DNA of 63,970 nucleotides, the filler included. It is 4 parts of 4 records of this genome, joined end to end, with 100 filler letters (N's around TTAATTAATTAA, not from the genome) between each part and the next. Parts side by side here need not be neighbours in the genome. Positions count along the whole stretch, not along the records: positions 36,976 to 51,076 come from SRR20825006_49; positions 51,177 to 63,970 come from SRR20825006_53; 2 more parts are not named here. One strand, given 5' to 3'. The notes beneath the pieces were generated by a model. It was not told where the DNA came from, ran no database searches, and saw only the letters and a list, made by a program, of their open reading frames with translations. Position 1 is the stretch's first letter. Each line of letters starts with the position of its first letter. Position numbers and translations under genes: made by a program. This document shows, in pieces, positions 50,138 through 59,367 of the stretch.

Positions 50138-50850
50138 GGAGGGTTTTGTGTTGCAGCTAATGCTTCAATAAGTTCCGCTTTTCTATTTCTACTTAGCGGG
50201 AGTTTGTCTTTTTCTAATTCAATCTCTTTGCTGTTATAGCGTTGTACTTTATCTAAATTAACAATATAAGATTTGTGAATACGCATAAAACGATCACTAG
50301 GCAATAAAGCTTGAAATGCTTTCATAGTTGAAAGTACAACCAATGAGTCATATTCTGTAATGAGTTTTACATAATCTCCTAAAGCTTCAATGTACCGGAG
50401 TTCGTTAAGAAAAACTTTACGTTTTTTAAGATTACTTTTTACAAATATAAAATCCTCTTCATCGTACCCTTCTTCATTTTTAAGCTTATAATTGGTAATT
50501 GCTTTATGAACGGCATTTAGAAAACGATCTTTTGCAATCGGTTTTCTTAAGTAATCTACAGCATCATAATCAAATGCTTTAAACGCATATTTAATTTTTC
50601 CTGTAACAAAAATTACCTGTGGTTTTTTTTGAATATCATCTAAAAGATCAAAGCCAGAAAGTATAGGCATTTCGATATCTAGAAAAATTAGGTCAATTTC
50701 ATTTGAAGCCAACCCCATTTTAGCTTCAACAGCATTTTTATACTCTCCCACAAGTTCGAGAGAAGGATGCATCTGAATTAGCTTTACAATAGAAAGCCGT
50801 TGCAATGTAGAATCATCTACAATAGCACATTTTAAGATTGTTTTTTCCAC
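50131..50850 (-). CDS. LytR/AlgR-family response regulator
   Basis: VDD, FLDIEMP, DYLRKP; LytTR FMRIHKSYIVN; start uncertain (GTG 50850 preferred). Confidence 0.88.
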   Translation of the reverse strand: MEKTILKCAIVDDSTLQRLSIVKLIQMHPSLELVGEYKNAVEAKMGLASNEIDLIFLDIEMPILSGFDLLDDIQKKPQVIFVTGKIKYAFKAFDYDAVDYLRKPIAKDRFLNAVHKAITNYKLKNEEGYDEEDFIFVKSNLKKRKVFLNELRYIEALGDYVKLITEYDSLVVLSTMKAFQALLPSDRFMRIHKSYIVNLDKVQRYNSKEIELEKDKLPLSRNRKAELIEALAATQNPPQ

Positions 50851-51064
50851 AGAAAGGCAGGTTTTACTTAAAGCAATAATAAGTAAATAATCGATGAAAT
50901 ACAACTTTTTTTGGCTTTAATCGAAAATTGCACACACTTCATCTGAGAAGCAGAAAGTTTTAAGTATAGTTGCATTTTGGTTTGTTAATACCAAATAAAG
51001 TATTATTTTTGCACCCTCTTGGCAGAAAGCCAAAAGTTTAATCATTAATTTTAATAGATTTTTT

Positions 51065-51076
51065 ATGAATCATTAC
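51065..51076 (+). CDS. rpsF: Probable start of 30S ribosomal protein S6 (MNHY, cut by contig end)
   Basis: ATGAATCATTAC after a TATTTTTG -7 box; priA-LytTR-rpsF order recalled from Flavobacteriaceae; only four codons visible. Confidence 0.55.
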
Positions 51077-51176
51077 NNNNNNNNNNNNNNNNNNNNNNNN
51101 NNNNNNNNNNNNNNNNNNNNTTAATTAATTAANNNNNNNNNNNNNNNNNNNNNNNNNNNNNNNNNNNNNNNNNNNN
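51077..51176. other. Artificial contig spacer
   Basis: 44 N + TTAATTAATTAA + 44 N. Confidence 0.98.
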
Positions 51177-51179
51177 AAT

Positions 51180-51737
51180 ATGTTCAACAAAAATATAAAA
51201 TTAGTACTTGCCGTTCTCGTTTTCGGTTTAGCAGTATGGCAAATCATAGATCGTTCAATAGGTAATGGCATTATGCTCATTCTACTTTCGGCTATTTTTG
51301 TATTGCTATACTTCAAAAATGAAATTTTAATTCTGGCATTTTTACGCTTGAGAAAACAGGATTTTGCCGGTGCTCAAAAATGGCTTGACAAGATCAAGAA
51401 TCCTGAAGCTGCGTTGGTACGTAAACAAAATGGCTATTATAACTATCTAAATGGTTTAATGCTTTCACAGACTAATATGATTCAGTCTGAAAAATACTTC
51501 AAAAAGGCCGTACAACTAGGCTTAAGTATGGATGCTGATCTGGCAATGGCAAAAATAAATCTGGCCGGGATCGCGATGACCAAAAACAGAAGACGTGAAG
51601 CAGATAAACTGCTTGCAGAAGCTAAAAAGTTAGACAAGCACAATATGCTTGACGAGCAGATAAAAATGATGAAAAAGCAAATGAAGCAGGCTGCAAATAT
51701 GCCACGCCAACAATATGGGCGCGGTGGCCGTCGCTAA
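51180..51737 (+). CDS. Conserved membrane-anchored TPR-like protein
   Basis: Two N-terminal TM helices followed by helical TPR-like repeats. Confidence 0.7.
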   Translation: MFNKNIKLVLAVLVFGLAVWQIIDRSIGNGIMLILLSAIFVLLYFKNEILILAFLRLRKQDFAGAQKWLDKIKNPEAALVRKQNGYYNYLNGLMLSQTNMIQSEKYFKKAVQLGLSMDADLAMAKINLAGIAMTKNRRREADKLLAEAKKLDKHNMLDEQIKMMKKQMKQAANMPRQQYGRGGRR

Positions 51738-51815
51738 TTGTTTTAAAAACTGCTACACATAAATATTTTTACATTTGATATAGGTTGATACATTTTAATA
51801 TCAACACACAAGCAT

Positions 51816-51843
51816 AAAAAAGCTCCTGATTAGGAGCTTTTTT
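51816..51843. terminator. Intrinsic terminator
   Basis: AAAAAAGCTCCT-GATT-AGGAGCTTTTTT. Confidence 0.8.
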
Positions 51844-51967
51844 AGTTCCAAAACACATTACAAACCAAACTCTTAGACTTTCATCTAGTATTTACACCGT
51901 TTGAACGAGAAGTTTTTTACAGGGTATTTTCAAAAGCTAATTTTGTTAAAATACCCAAACCAACTAT

Positions 51968-52672
51968 ATGCCAAGAACTTTACTTATACTTCTCTTTATA
52001 TCGCTATGGAATTTAAACGCTCAGGAAAATGAGAAAATACTCTTTTCAGAAGCTTTAAATTCAACGATCAACACGTATAATTCTAGAGTTGATGCTGCTC
52101 TAGCATCGGGCGAATTTGACTATGCAAAATCTTTATTTGATTCTTTGGTCAAAGATCATTTACAAGGGTCCTACATTGACACTTTAGAATTTGAACGTTT
52201 TAATAGCGGTATCGCTTCAACCGAAGAGTTTGATAAACCTACAATTCTGCTTACGTATGCCTCTTGGTGCATTCCTAGTGAGGGTGAGATTCCGGTTTTA
52301 AATAAGATGGTTGAACGCTATAGTGATCTTGTTGATTTTGTTGTGCTCTTCTGGGATTCTAAAAATACTGTGAGAAAACTGGCCAAGAGCTTTGATAAGA
52401 ACATACACATCGTATATGTGGATGAAACCAAGAATAAGCATATGCAAACCGTAAACTTACTCAAGCACGCTTTAGGGCTTTCTCTAAGTTTTGTGATGGG
52501 TGCAGATGGCGAAATTCTTGATATTAATCGTAGACCTCCAAACAAAATGAATCTTTCGGAGAGTCAATTATTTAATCAAAATATCACTTTTTTAAGTCGA
52601 CAGATCGCAGCAATTAATATTGATCACAACATCAACATTAACGAGCTACCAGAATCTTTAGCGACCTTTTAA
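51968..52672 (+). CDS. TlpA/redoxin-like exported thioredoxin-fold protein (CxxS)
   Basis: Signal peptide; YASWCIPS..E.P.LN motif. Confidence 0.7.
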   Translation: MPRTLLILLFISLWNLNAQENEKILFSEALNSTINTYNSRVDAALASGEFDYAKSLFDSLVKDHLQGSYIDTLEFERFNSGIASTEEFDKPTILLTYASWCIPSEGEIPVLNKMVERYSDLVDFVVLFWDSKNTVRKLAKSFDKNIHIVYVDETKNKHMQTVNLLKHALGLSLSFVMGADGEILDINRRPPNKMNLSESQLFNQNITFLSRQIAAINIDHNININELPESLATF

Positions 52673-52824
52673 GCTAGATCAAAGTAATGCATTGTTTGTC
52701 ATAAACTTTAATAGCACTAGCAAACTACCTCTCAAGCAAGTGAGGCATTAGTTGCAAAAAAAATAATTTTGCGGCACCCTGACAGCTATCAAAACGAAAT
52801 ATTAAATCCTTTGGCGGCGCCAAT

Positions 52825-52860
52825 AAAAAAGCGGGAACTTAAAAAAGTTCCCGCTTTTTT
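52825..52860. terminator. Bidirectional intrinsic terminator
   Basis: AAAAAAGCGGGAACTT...AAGTTCCCGCTTTTTT between convergent genes. Confidence 0.85.
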
Positions 52861-52882
52861 ATTACACCTGTACTTCGGTTTT

Positions 52883-53836
52883 CTACTGACCAATATTGGC
52901 ATTGTAATAACCTTCCTTAGGAATCTCTATCTGATATTCTTTTCGCGAAGCATTATTCAAATGATCTTCACGCAACCAAGGATTGTGAAGCTTTAAAATT
53001 TTATAGTTAATCCCAAACTGTTGTGCAAACTTTACAAAATCGGTCACTACAGTATCTACTTTCACCTTATATGACGGTACATCTTTGTATAAATCCTCCT
53101 GCCTATAATTGAATCCATAGCGTTCTGGGTCTGATAAGATCTGTTTTAAAGCCAGAATTCTAAACACATATCTTCCGGTCTCTTCGCCCAAAAGCAAATC
53201 GTAATACCCATTTACATCCTGCTGGTCTAATCTTCTGCTCATTCCGGCATTACCCGCATTGTAACCCGCTGCTGCAAGCGTCCAACTTCCTAAACTAGCT
53301 TTAGACTTCTTTAGATATTTACAAGCCGCGCGCGTTGACAATTCCACATTATACCGCTCATCTACATTATCGTTTACTTCAAGACCAAGTTCTTTTCCGG
53401 TACTGCTTAAAATTTGCCAAAACCCGGTGGCACGAGCCGGAGAAACTGCTTGTGTCAAACCGCTTTCAATAACAGCTAAATATTTAAAATCATCAGGCAA
53501 ACCTTCTTCTTTTAAAATAGGCTCGATAATCGGGAAATATTTTGCGGCTCTTTTAATTAAAAGCAAACCATTGGACTGCCAGTAAGTATTGACTAAAAGT
53601 TCACGATCTAAGCGCTCGCGTATATCTGGGTTATCAAGAGGTACTGCCTCACCTGCAAACTCTAACTGATCTGGCAACGGAATAGCATACACGTTATAAT
53701 CATTAACCAGTTTATCTGTTTTCTTTATTTCAGGATCTGTATTTGTTGTTGTGTTATCTTGCTGTACAGCTTGTACACACACTGCAGTAGTGGCAACAAG
53801 CCCAACACCGGCGAGTATATTTTTTATATTGATCAT
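52883..53836 (-). CDS. Lytic transglycosylase (SLT, MltD-like)
   Basis: YLAVIESG, A.GFWQ, VDER, AAGYNAG, ET.RYV. Confidence 0.9.
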   Translation of the reverse strand: MINIKNILAGVGLVATTAVCVQAVQQDNTTTNTDPEIKKTDKLVNDYNVYAIPLPDQLEFAGEAVPLDNPDIRERLDRELLVNTYWQSNGLLLIKRAAKYFPIIEPILKEEGLPDDFKYLAVIESGLTQAVSPARATGFWQILSSTGKELGLEVNDNVDERYNVELSTRAACKYLKKSKASLGSWTLAAAGYNAGNAGMSRRLDQQDVNGYYDLLLGEETGRYVFRILALKQILSDPERYGFNYRQEDLYKDVPSYKVKVDTVVTDFVKFAQQFGINYKILKLHNPWLREDHLNNASRKEYQIEIPKEGYYNANIGQ

Positions 53837-53874
53837 AGCAAATTTTGTATTGAAGTTCGATCGCAAATTAGCAA

Positions 53875-54525
53875 TTAATTCTCGATAATCTTAGGCAAGT
53901 TTTTGTTAAACCACTTACACTTAGTAATTATCATCGCGTGTGTTCCTCCCGGAATAGGGATGCAATTATCTATATATCTATACGGAAAAACAGGATCACT
54001 GGTACCGTGAATATGAACAAGATCTTCTTTGTATTTTACTTGATCCCAACACAGCATTTGCTCTAGCGCCCAAGTAAGGTAAACAGGATCTGTGATTGAA
54101 AGGTATTTTTGATAAAGCTCTACTTTGTGTTTTAACCGGTCTCCTATCGCATAGTTGGCAAGCGTGTCTACATTGCGCGCCAGACTCACAGGCGCAATGC
54201 GATAAAGTCCCAGAGCTCGACAGAAACGCATACGTTTAGGCAGTTCTAACTTAGATTTTACACTGCTCACGATAATAAGTTTACGATACATAATAAATTT
54301 TGCCATTTCCTGTACCAGCACGCCACCAAAACTTACACCTAACAAAACAGGGTTAACCTCTTTAACCTCTTCAAGCATTCGCTTAGCGTAATCTTCTAAG
54401 GTTTCTGAAGGTTGTGGGATCTTCCAAGAAAGTGCGTGAAGCGTATAGTTTTTTTCGGGCAGTTTTATATGCTCAAAAATTCTAGGATTAGCCGCCATTC
54501 CCGGCATTAAATACACGTGTATCAT
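53875..54525 (-). CDS. Alpha/beta hydrolase
   Basis: PGMAA, GVSFGG, IHG..D, GGTH. Confidence 0.85.
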   Translation of the reverse strand: MIHVYLMPGMAANPRIFEHIKLPEKNYTLHALSWKIPQPSETLEDYAKRMLEEVKEVNPVLLGVSFGGVLVQEMAKFIMYRKLIIVSSVKSKLELPKRMRFCRALGLYRIAPVSLARNVDTLANYAIGDRLKHKVELYQKYLSITDPVYLTWALEQMLCWDQVKYKEDLVHIHGTSDPVFPYRYIDNCIPIPGGTHAMIITKCKWFNKNLPKIIEN

Positions 54526-54677
54526 AGCATTCAAAATTAAGGGTTTAACAGACTACTGCTAAAAATTTTGGCTTATTTTTTGTATATTTACTGATATGCC
54601 TATTACAAAAGCTCCCTATTTCACCCCAACTACAACCTTATCGAGCATTGTAAACTATTTTTCTTAAAACAATTTAT

Positions 54678-54977
54678 ATGGATGTAATGACAGCGATTGA
54701 ATTAACAGATAACGAGTTTTTAAGACAATTTGAAACCACCTTTGATGAGAAGTTGGCAAAAATTGAATATTCGCTTCAGGATCGGAAGATTTTTCTAACC
54801 AAGATTCATATGCCTGAGGGCACTGAAGATCGAATGAATGATTTTATCGTTGCTGTATTTAAAGAAGTCGAAGATCGCAATATTAGGCTAGTTCCTACCA
54901 GTCCTGAAATTGCAAAATTCATGAGGTCTAACCGTAGAAAGTACAAAAATTTATTGCCGGTAGGTATAAATATCTAA
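54678..54977 (+). CDS. Small GNAT-like (YjdJ-type) acetyltransferase
   Basis: DNEFLRQFE, IEY, LVPTSP.IA.F pattern. Confidence 0.7.
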   Translation: MDVMTAIELTDNEFLRQFETTFDEKLAKIEYSLQDRKIFLTKIHMPEGTEDRMNDFIVAVFKEVEDRNIRLVPTSPEIAKFMRSNRRKYKNLLPVGINI

Positions 54978-54998
54978 ACGTCACTTCTACATTAAAGT

Positions 54999-55028
54999 AA
55001 AAAGCCTGTCTATTTAGACAGGCTTTCT
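54999..55028. terminator. Bidirectional intrinsic terminator
   Basis: AAAGCCTGTCTA-TT-TAGACAGGCTTT. Confidence 0.75.
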
Positions 55029-56372
55029 TTATGCTAGAACTTCAGTAGTTTCGCTACAATATTCAAATCGCACCATACCATCATCATCTATTTCCTTTAG
55101 CTCTATACTATGAGTAGTATTTACAAGTGCCGGATCCCAAGGCGCTTTTACTTTCACATAATTTTCGGTAAAACCGTGTATGTATCCTTTTTTGTTTTCG
55201 CCCTCAAATAATACAGTTCGCTGCGTATCCATTTGAGATTCATAAAATGCACGTCTCTTTTTAGCCGAAAGACCTCTCAACATTTTACTGCGCTTTTTTC
55301 TTACTTTTAAAGGAACAACTCCGTCCATCTCTGCTGCTATTGTATTGTCTCTTTCAGAATACGTAAAGACGTGGAGGTAAGAAATATCTAAAGCATTGAG
55401 GAAGTTATAAGTATCTAAAAAGTGTTCATCTGTCTCTCCCGGAAAACCAACGATAACATCTACTCCTATACACGCATCAGGCATTAACTTTTTAATCTGG
55501 GCCACACGATCTACATAGAGTTCGCGTTGATACCGACGGCGCATTTTACCTAGCATCTCATTATTTCCACTCTGCAGCGGAATATGAAAATGTGGCACAA
55601 AAGCTCTTGAATTTGCGACTACTTCAATGGTCTCATTTTTCAGCAAATTGGGTTCAATACTTGAAATACGTAATCGCTCGATACCTTCAACCTGATCTAA
55701 TGCTTTAACCAGGTCTAAAAACGTATGCTCGTGTTTTTTGTTTCCAAATTCACCCTTTCCGTAATCTCCGATGTTTACCCCGGTTAATACGATTTCTCTG
55801 ATCCCTTTAGCCGAAATTTCTCGTGCGTTATTTAGAACATTCTCAAGCGTATCACTTCGCGAAATACCACGTGCAAGCGGAATTGTACAATACGTACATT
55901 TATAGTCACAACCATCCTGAACCTTTAAAAAAGCTCGAGTACGATCGCCAATAGAGTAAGAACCTACATAAAAATCTGCGTCTTCGATCTCACAGCTATG
56001 TACCTCACCCATATCGTTTTTAGATAAGTCATTGAGGTAGTCTGTGATCTTAAATTTTTCGGTGGCTCCAAGTACCAAGTCAACGCCATCAACATCAGCA
56101 AGTTCTTCTGGTTTTAATTGTGCATAACAACCTACTGCCGCTACAAAAGCATCAGGATTTACCTTTTGCGCTTGCTTAACAATTGTTTTAAAACGTTTGT
56201 CTGCATTTTCGGTAACACTACACGTATTGATCACATATATATCAGCCGACTCACTAAAATCGACACGATCAAAACCTTCATTTTTAAAGTTGCGTGAAAT
56301 AGTCGCCGTCTCTGAAAAATTAAGTTTACATCCTAACGTGTAAAACGCTACTTTTTTCCCTGCTTCGTTCAT
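55029..56372 (-). CDS. mtaB: tRNA t6A37 methylthiotransferase
   Basis: TLGCKLN, NTCSVT, GCYAQ, radical-SAM CDYKCTYC, TENY TRAM-like tail. Confidence 0.93.
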   Translation of the reverse strand: MNEAGKKVAFYTLGCKLNFSETATISRNFKNEGFDRVDFSESADIYVINTCSVTENADKRFKTIVKQAQKVNPDAFVAAVGCYAQLKPEELADVDGVDLVLGATEKFKITDYLNDLSKNDMGEVHSCEIEDADFYVGSYSIGDRTRAFLKVQDGCDYKCTYCTIPLARGISRSDTLENVLNNAREISAKGIREIVLTGVNIGDYGKGEFGNKKHEHTFLDLVKALDQVEGIERLRISSIEPNLLKNETIEVVANSRAFVPHFHIPLQSGNNEMLGKMRRRYQRELYVDRVAQIKKLMPDACIGVDVIVGFPGETDEHFLDTYNFLNALDISYLHVFTYSERDNTIAAEMDGVVPLKVRKKRSKMLRGLSAKKRRAFYESQMDTQRTVLFEGENKKGYIHGFTENYVKVKAPWDPALVNTTHSIELKEIDDDGMVRFEYCSETTEVLA

Positions 56373-56583
56373 TACAATCTTCTTCACAATTGGTTACTTT
56401 TGTTTTGCTTAAAACGCCTAGTACCCTGTTTATTTAAAAGTGCAAAGTTAACTACAATTTTGCTCTTGCTCAAGTTTATAGATTTATTGGCAGCATCGAA
56501 GGAATTCATAACCTTCAAGGCTCGCCATAAAATTGAAAAGCTCTGAGCCTTTGGCCAAATGCTCGTTTATGACTTTAACCTTT

Positions 56584-58224
56584 ATGAAGCTTAATTCTTT
56601 TTTAAAATCAATAGCTCACACGCCTTTTTTTATTATCGGAATAGTGTTTTTATATCTAGTTTCATGTAATTCAAAAGCAGAAGCCGAGAATGACCTATAC
56701 GTTTTTAGATACAATGAGCATTATAATGTTGCCACACTTGATCCGGCTTTCGCCAGAAATCCACCAATAATATGGCCTACAAATCAATTATTTAATGGTC
56801 TAGTGCAACAAGATGATTCGTTAAATATTGTTGCAGATATTGCCAAATCTTGGACGGTAAGCGAGGATGCTAAAACCTACACATTTACCCTGCGGGATGA
56901 TGTTTATTTTCATAAACACAAACAATTTAAAACTAAAGACAGTACCCGCAACGTGGTTGCCGGCGACTTTGTTTACAGTTTTAACCGCTTAAAGAATGCT
57001 GCGGTAGCCTCACCGGGAAGTTGGGTTTTAAACAATGTTGCGCAGTATCGTGCGGTAAACGATACCACCTTAAGCATTACCTTAAAAGAAGAATTTCCGG
57101 CATTTTTAGGCCTTTTAACTATGCGCTACTGCTCTGTGATTCCCAAGGAAATCGTAACGTTTTACGGCAATGAATTTCGTAGAAATCCTGTGGGCACCGG
57201 CCCTTTTAAATTTAAGCGTTGGGAAGAAGGCGTAAAATTAGTGCTTCGGAAAAACGAACTCTACTTTGAACACGATGCCGATGGAAATCAACTTCCGTAC
57301 TTAGAGGCCGTCGCGATCACCTTTCTTCCTGATAAACAAAGTGAGTTTTTGCAGTTTGCGCAAGGAAATCTCGATATGTTGAACAGTCTTGATCCTTCCT
57401 ATAAAGACGAATTGCTTACCGCCACCGGAAAGCTCAAAGACAATTATAAAGACCGCGTAAAAACCATAACCGGCCCTTTTTTAAATACAGAATACTTAGG
57501 TTTCTTTTTAGACAGCAAATCTGAAGAAGTCAGATCTAAATTGTTGCGCCAAGCCGTTAACTATGGTTTTGATCGTGTAAAAATGATCAAATACCTCAGA
57601 AACGGCATAGGTACACCGGCAAACGCCGGTTTTATCCCAAAAGGTTTGCCCGGCTATGGCACCTCAGGGTTTGAGTATGATCCGGCAAAAGCCCGAGATT
57701 TGATTAATCAATATATTAAAGAGACCGGCAACGCAACGCCTAGCATTACCATTGGCACAAACAGTCAATATTTAGACATTTGCGAATATATTCAGCGCGA
57801 ATTAGGCAAACTTGGTCTAAATATTATCATTGATGTGATGCCACCTTCTACCCTTCGGCAATTAAAATCGACCGGTAAACTTGATGCATTTAGAGCCAGC
57901 TGGATTGCAGATTACCCGGATGCTGAAAATTACCTTTCGCTGTATTACAGTAAAAATTTCACGCCAAACGGCCCCAATTATACCCATTTTAAAAATCAAA
58001 CTTTTGATAGTTTGTATGAAGCGAGCTTTAAATTTTCAGATATTGAAAAACGAAAAGTCTTATATGAAAAAATGGATTCTATTATTTTAGAAAACGCGCC
58101 ATTTGTAACCTTGTATTATGATCAGGTAATCAAATTTGTCCATAAAAATGTCACCGGACTTAAAGCCAATCCGCAAGACTTTCTGGTATTGAAAAGGGTC
58201 AAAAAAACCGCTAAAACGCAGTAA
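56584..58224 (+). CDS. ABC transporter substrate-binding lipoprotein, family 5
   Basis: Lipobox LVSC; TLDPA, A.SW.VS.D..TYTF.LR, PVGTGPF, W.ADYPD. Confidence 0.88.
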   Translation: MKLNSFLKSIAHTPFFIIGIVFLYLVSCNSKAEAENDLYVFRYNEHYNVATLDPAFARNPPIIWPTNQLFNGLVQQDDSLNIVADIAKSWTVSEDAKTYTFTLRDDVYFHKHKQFKTKDSTRNVVAGDFVYSFNRLKNAAVASPGSWVLNNVAQYRAVNDTTLSITLKEEFPAFLGLLTMRYCSVIPKEIVTFYGNEFRRNPVGTGPFKFKRWEEGVKLVLRKNELYFEHDADGNQLPYLEAVAITFLPDKQSEFLQFAQGNLDMLNSLDPSYKDELLTATGKLKDNYKDRVKTITGPFLNTEYLGFFLDSKSEEVRSKLLRQAVNYGFDRVKMIKYLRNGIGTPANAGFIPKGLPGYGTSGFEYDPAKARDLINQYIKETGNATPSITIGTNSQYLDICEYIQRELGKLGLNIIIDVMPPSTLRQLKSTGKLDAFRASWIADYPDAENYLSLYYSKNFTPNGPNYTHFKNQTFDSLYEASFKFSDIEKRKVLYEKMDSIILENAPFVTLYYDQVIKFVHKNVTGLKANPQDFLVLKRVKKTAKTQ

Positions 58225-58311
58225 ATGGTGTAACAAAAAGCCATAAATCTCAACCAATTATACACTTAGGTACTACATACTTTTATAGGATCTACTTTTA
58301 AACTGTTGATT

Positions 58312-58605
58312 ATGGGATTTGGAGGTTCGGTTGCGGCAATGTTGGCTACGCTTAAAAATAACAAGCGTGAAAGAACCTCGCGTTTTGACAGCAAGCATCT
58401 AACGAATACAACTTCCCAGAACGCTTCCTCTAAATTGGTTTTCAAAAAATTAAATAACAAGGATTTATCCGAAGTCAAAAAGCAAATTCAACAAAATGCA
58501 CACGCTCATAATAAGAAAGTTGCTGTGCTAACGATCATTAGTCTGGTTCTGCTAGCAGCGCTTATTCTATGGCTATTTCTAGATTCAGGCACTCCATTAG
58601 TTTAA
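58312..58605 (+). CDS. Small hypothetical protein with C-terminal TM helix
   Basis: MGFGGS..AM...LKNN.R start; hydrophobic C-terminus. Confidence 0.6.
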   Translation: MGFGGSVAAMLATLKNNKRERTSRFDSKHLTNTTSQNASSKLVFKKLNNKDLSEVKKQIQQNAHAHNKKVAVLTIISLVLLAALILWLFLDSGTPLV

Positions 58606-58681
58606 TCCCAATTCTTCACAATTAGCGGCTGCGACAGCTCGTTTTTCTCAATCGTTTTAGGTTAAAAGAATTTAAGAATAG

Positions 58682-58718
58682 AATTAAACGTTTGTTTAAT
58701 TTAAACAAACGTTTAATT
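58682..58718. promoter_or_regulatory. Perfect 18-1-18 palindrome; TetR operator candidate
   Basis: AATTAAACGTTTGTTTAA-T-TTAAACAAACGTTTAATT overlapping TAATTTTG. Confidence 0.8.
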
Positions 58719-58743
58719 TTGTGCGCTCAATTTTCACTCGTTC

Positions 58744-59367
58744 ATGGAACTCAATGACAAACAAAAAGAAATTGTTCAAGTAGCTGAAAAGCTATTTGCT
58801 GAATACGGTTTTGACGGTACTTCGGTTCGACTCATCGCAAAAGAAGCCGGGATTAACATCGCGATGATCTCCTACTATTTTGGCTCTAAAGAAAAACTTC
58901 TAGAGCATATGGTGGTGCATCGAATGTCTGGATTTAAAGTGAATCTTGACGAAATCATTGCGCAGGATGATCGCTCCTACCCCGATCGTTTAAATGAAAT
59001 TGTGGCGTTGTATGTTAAGCGCATTCATAAAAATAACCGCATTTATAAAATTGTGCATAACGAGCTCACCAACAATGCTCGTAGCCTCACTTTTGAGCAT
59101 TATTTGTCTCAGAAAAAGAAAAATCTTGATTCGGTGACCAAGTTTATTGAAGCAGGTCAAAAAGCCCATGTCTTTAAAAAACATATTGAAATCCCCTTAT
59201 TGATCCCGTCTATTCTTGGCACTTATTTTCACTTTCATTACAACCAGAGGTTTTACGAAGAAAGCTACGGTTTAAACACGCCAGAGAGCAAAGAATTATT
59301 CATTGAAACCACCCTTACTAAGCATATTCAAAAAATGCTTAATTCTTTAATTACTTATGAAGACTAG
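58744..59367 (+). CDS. TetR/AcrR-family regulator of the efflux operon
   Basis: AEKLFAE.GFDGTSVR.IAKEAGINIAMISYYFGSKEKL. Confidence 0.92.
   Translation: MELNDKQKEIVQVAEKLFAEYGFDGTSVRLIAKEAGINIAMISYYFGSKEKLLEHMVVHRMSGFKVNLDEIIAQDDRSYPDRLNEIVALYVKRIHKNNRIYKIVHNELTNNARSLTFEHYLSQKKKNLDSVTKFIEAGQKAHVFKKHIEIPLLIPSILGTYFHFHYNQRFYEESYGLNTPESKELFIETTLTKHIQKMLNSLITYED

Noticed and set aside
51125-51316. ORF running into the N spacer
   Set aside because: Artefact of the spacer; antisense to a real gene
56486-56530. Hairpin between mtaB and the substrate-binding protein gene as a riboswitch or REP
   Set aside because: Single imperfect stem with no riboswitch consensus or second copy recognised
56584-58224. 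Orphan ABC substrate-binding protein as a novel system
   Set aside because: Dispersed ABC components are ordinary in Bacteroidota; nothing else unusual nearby
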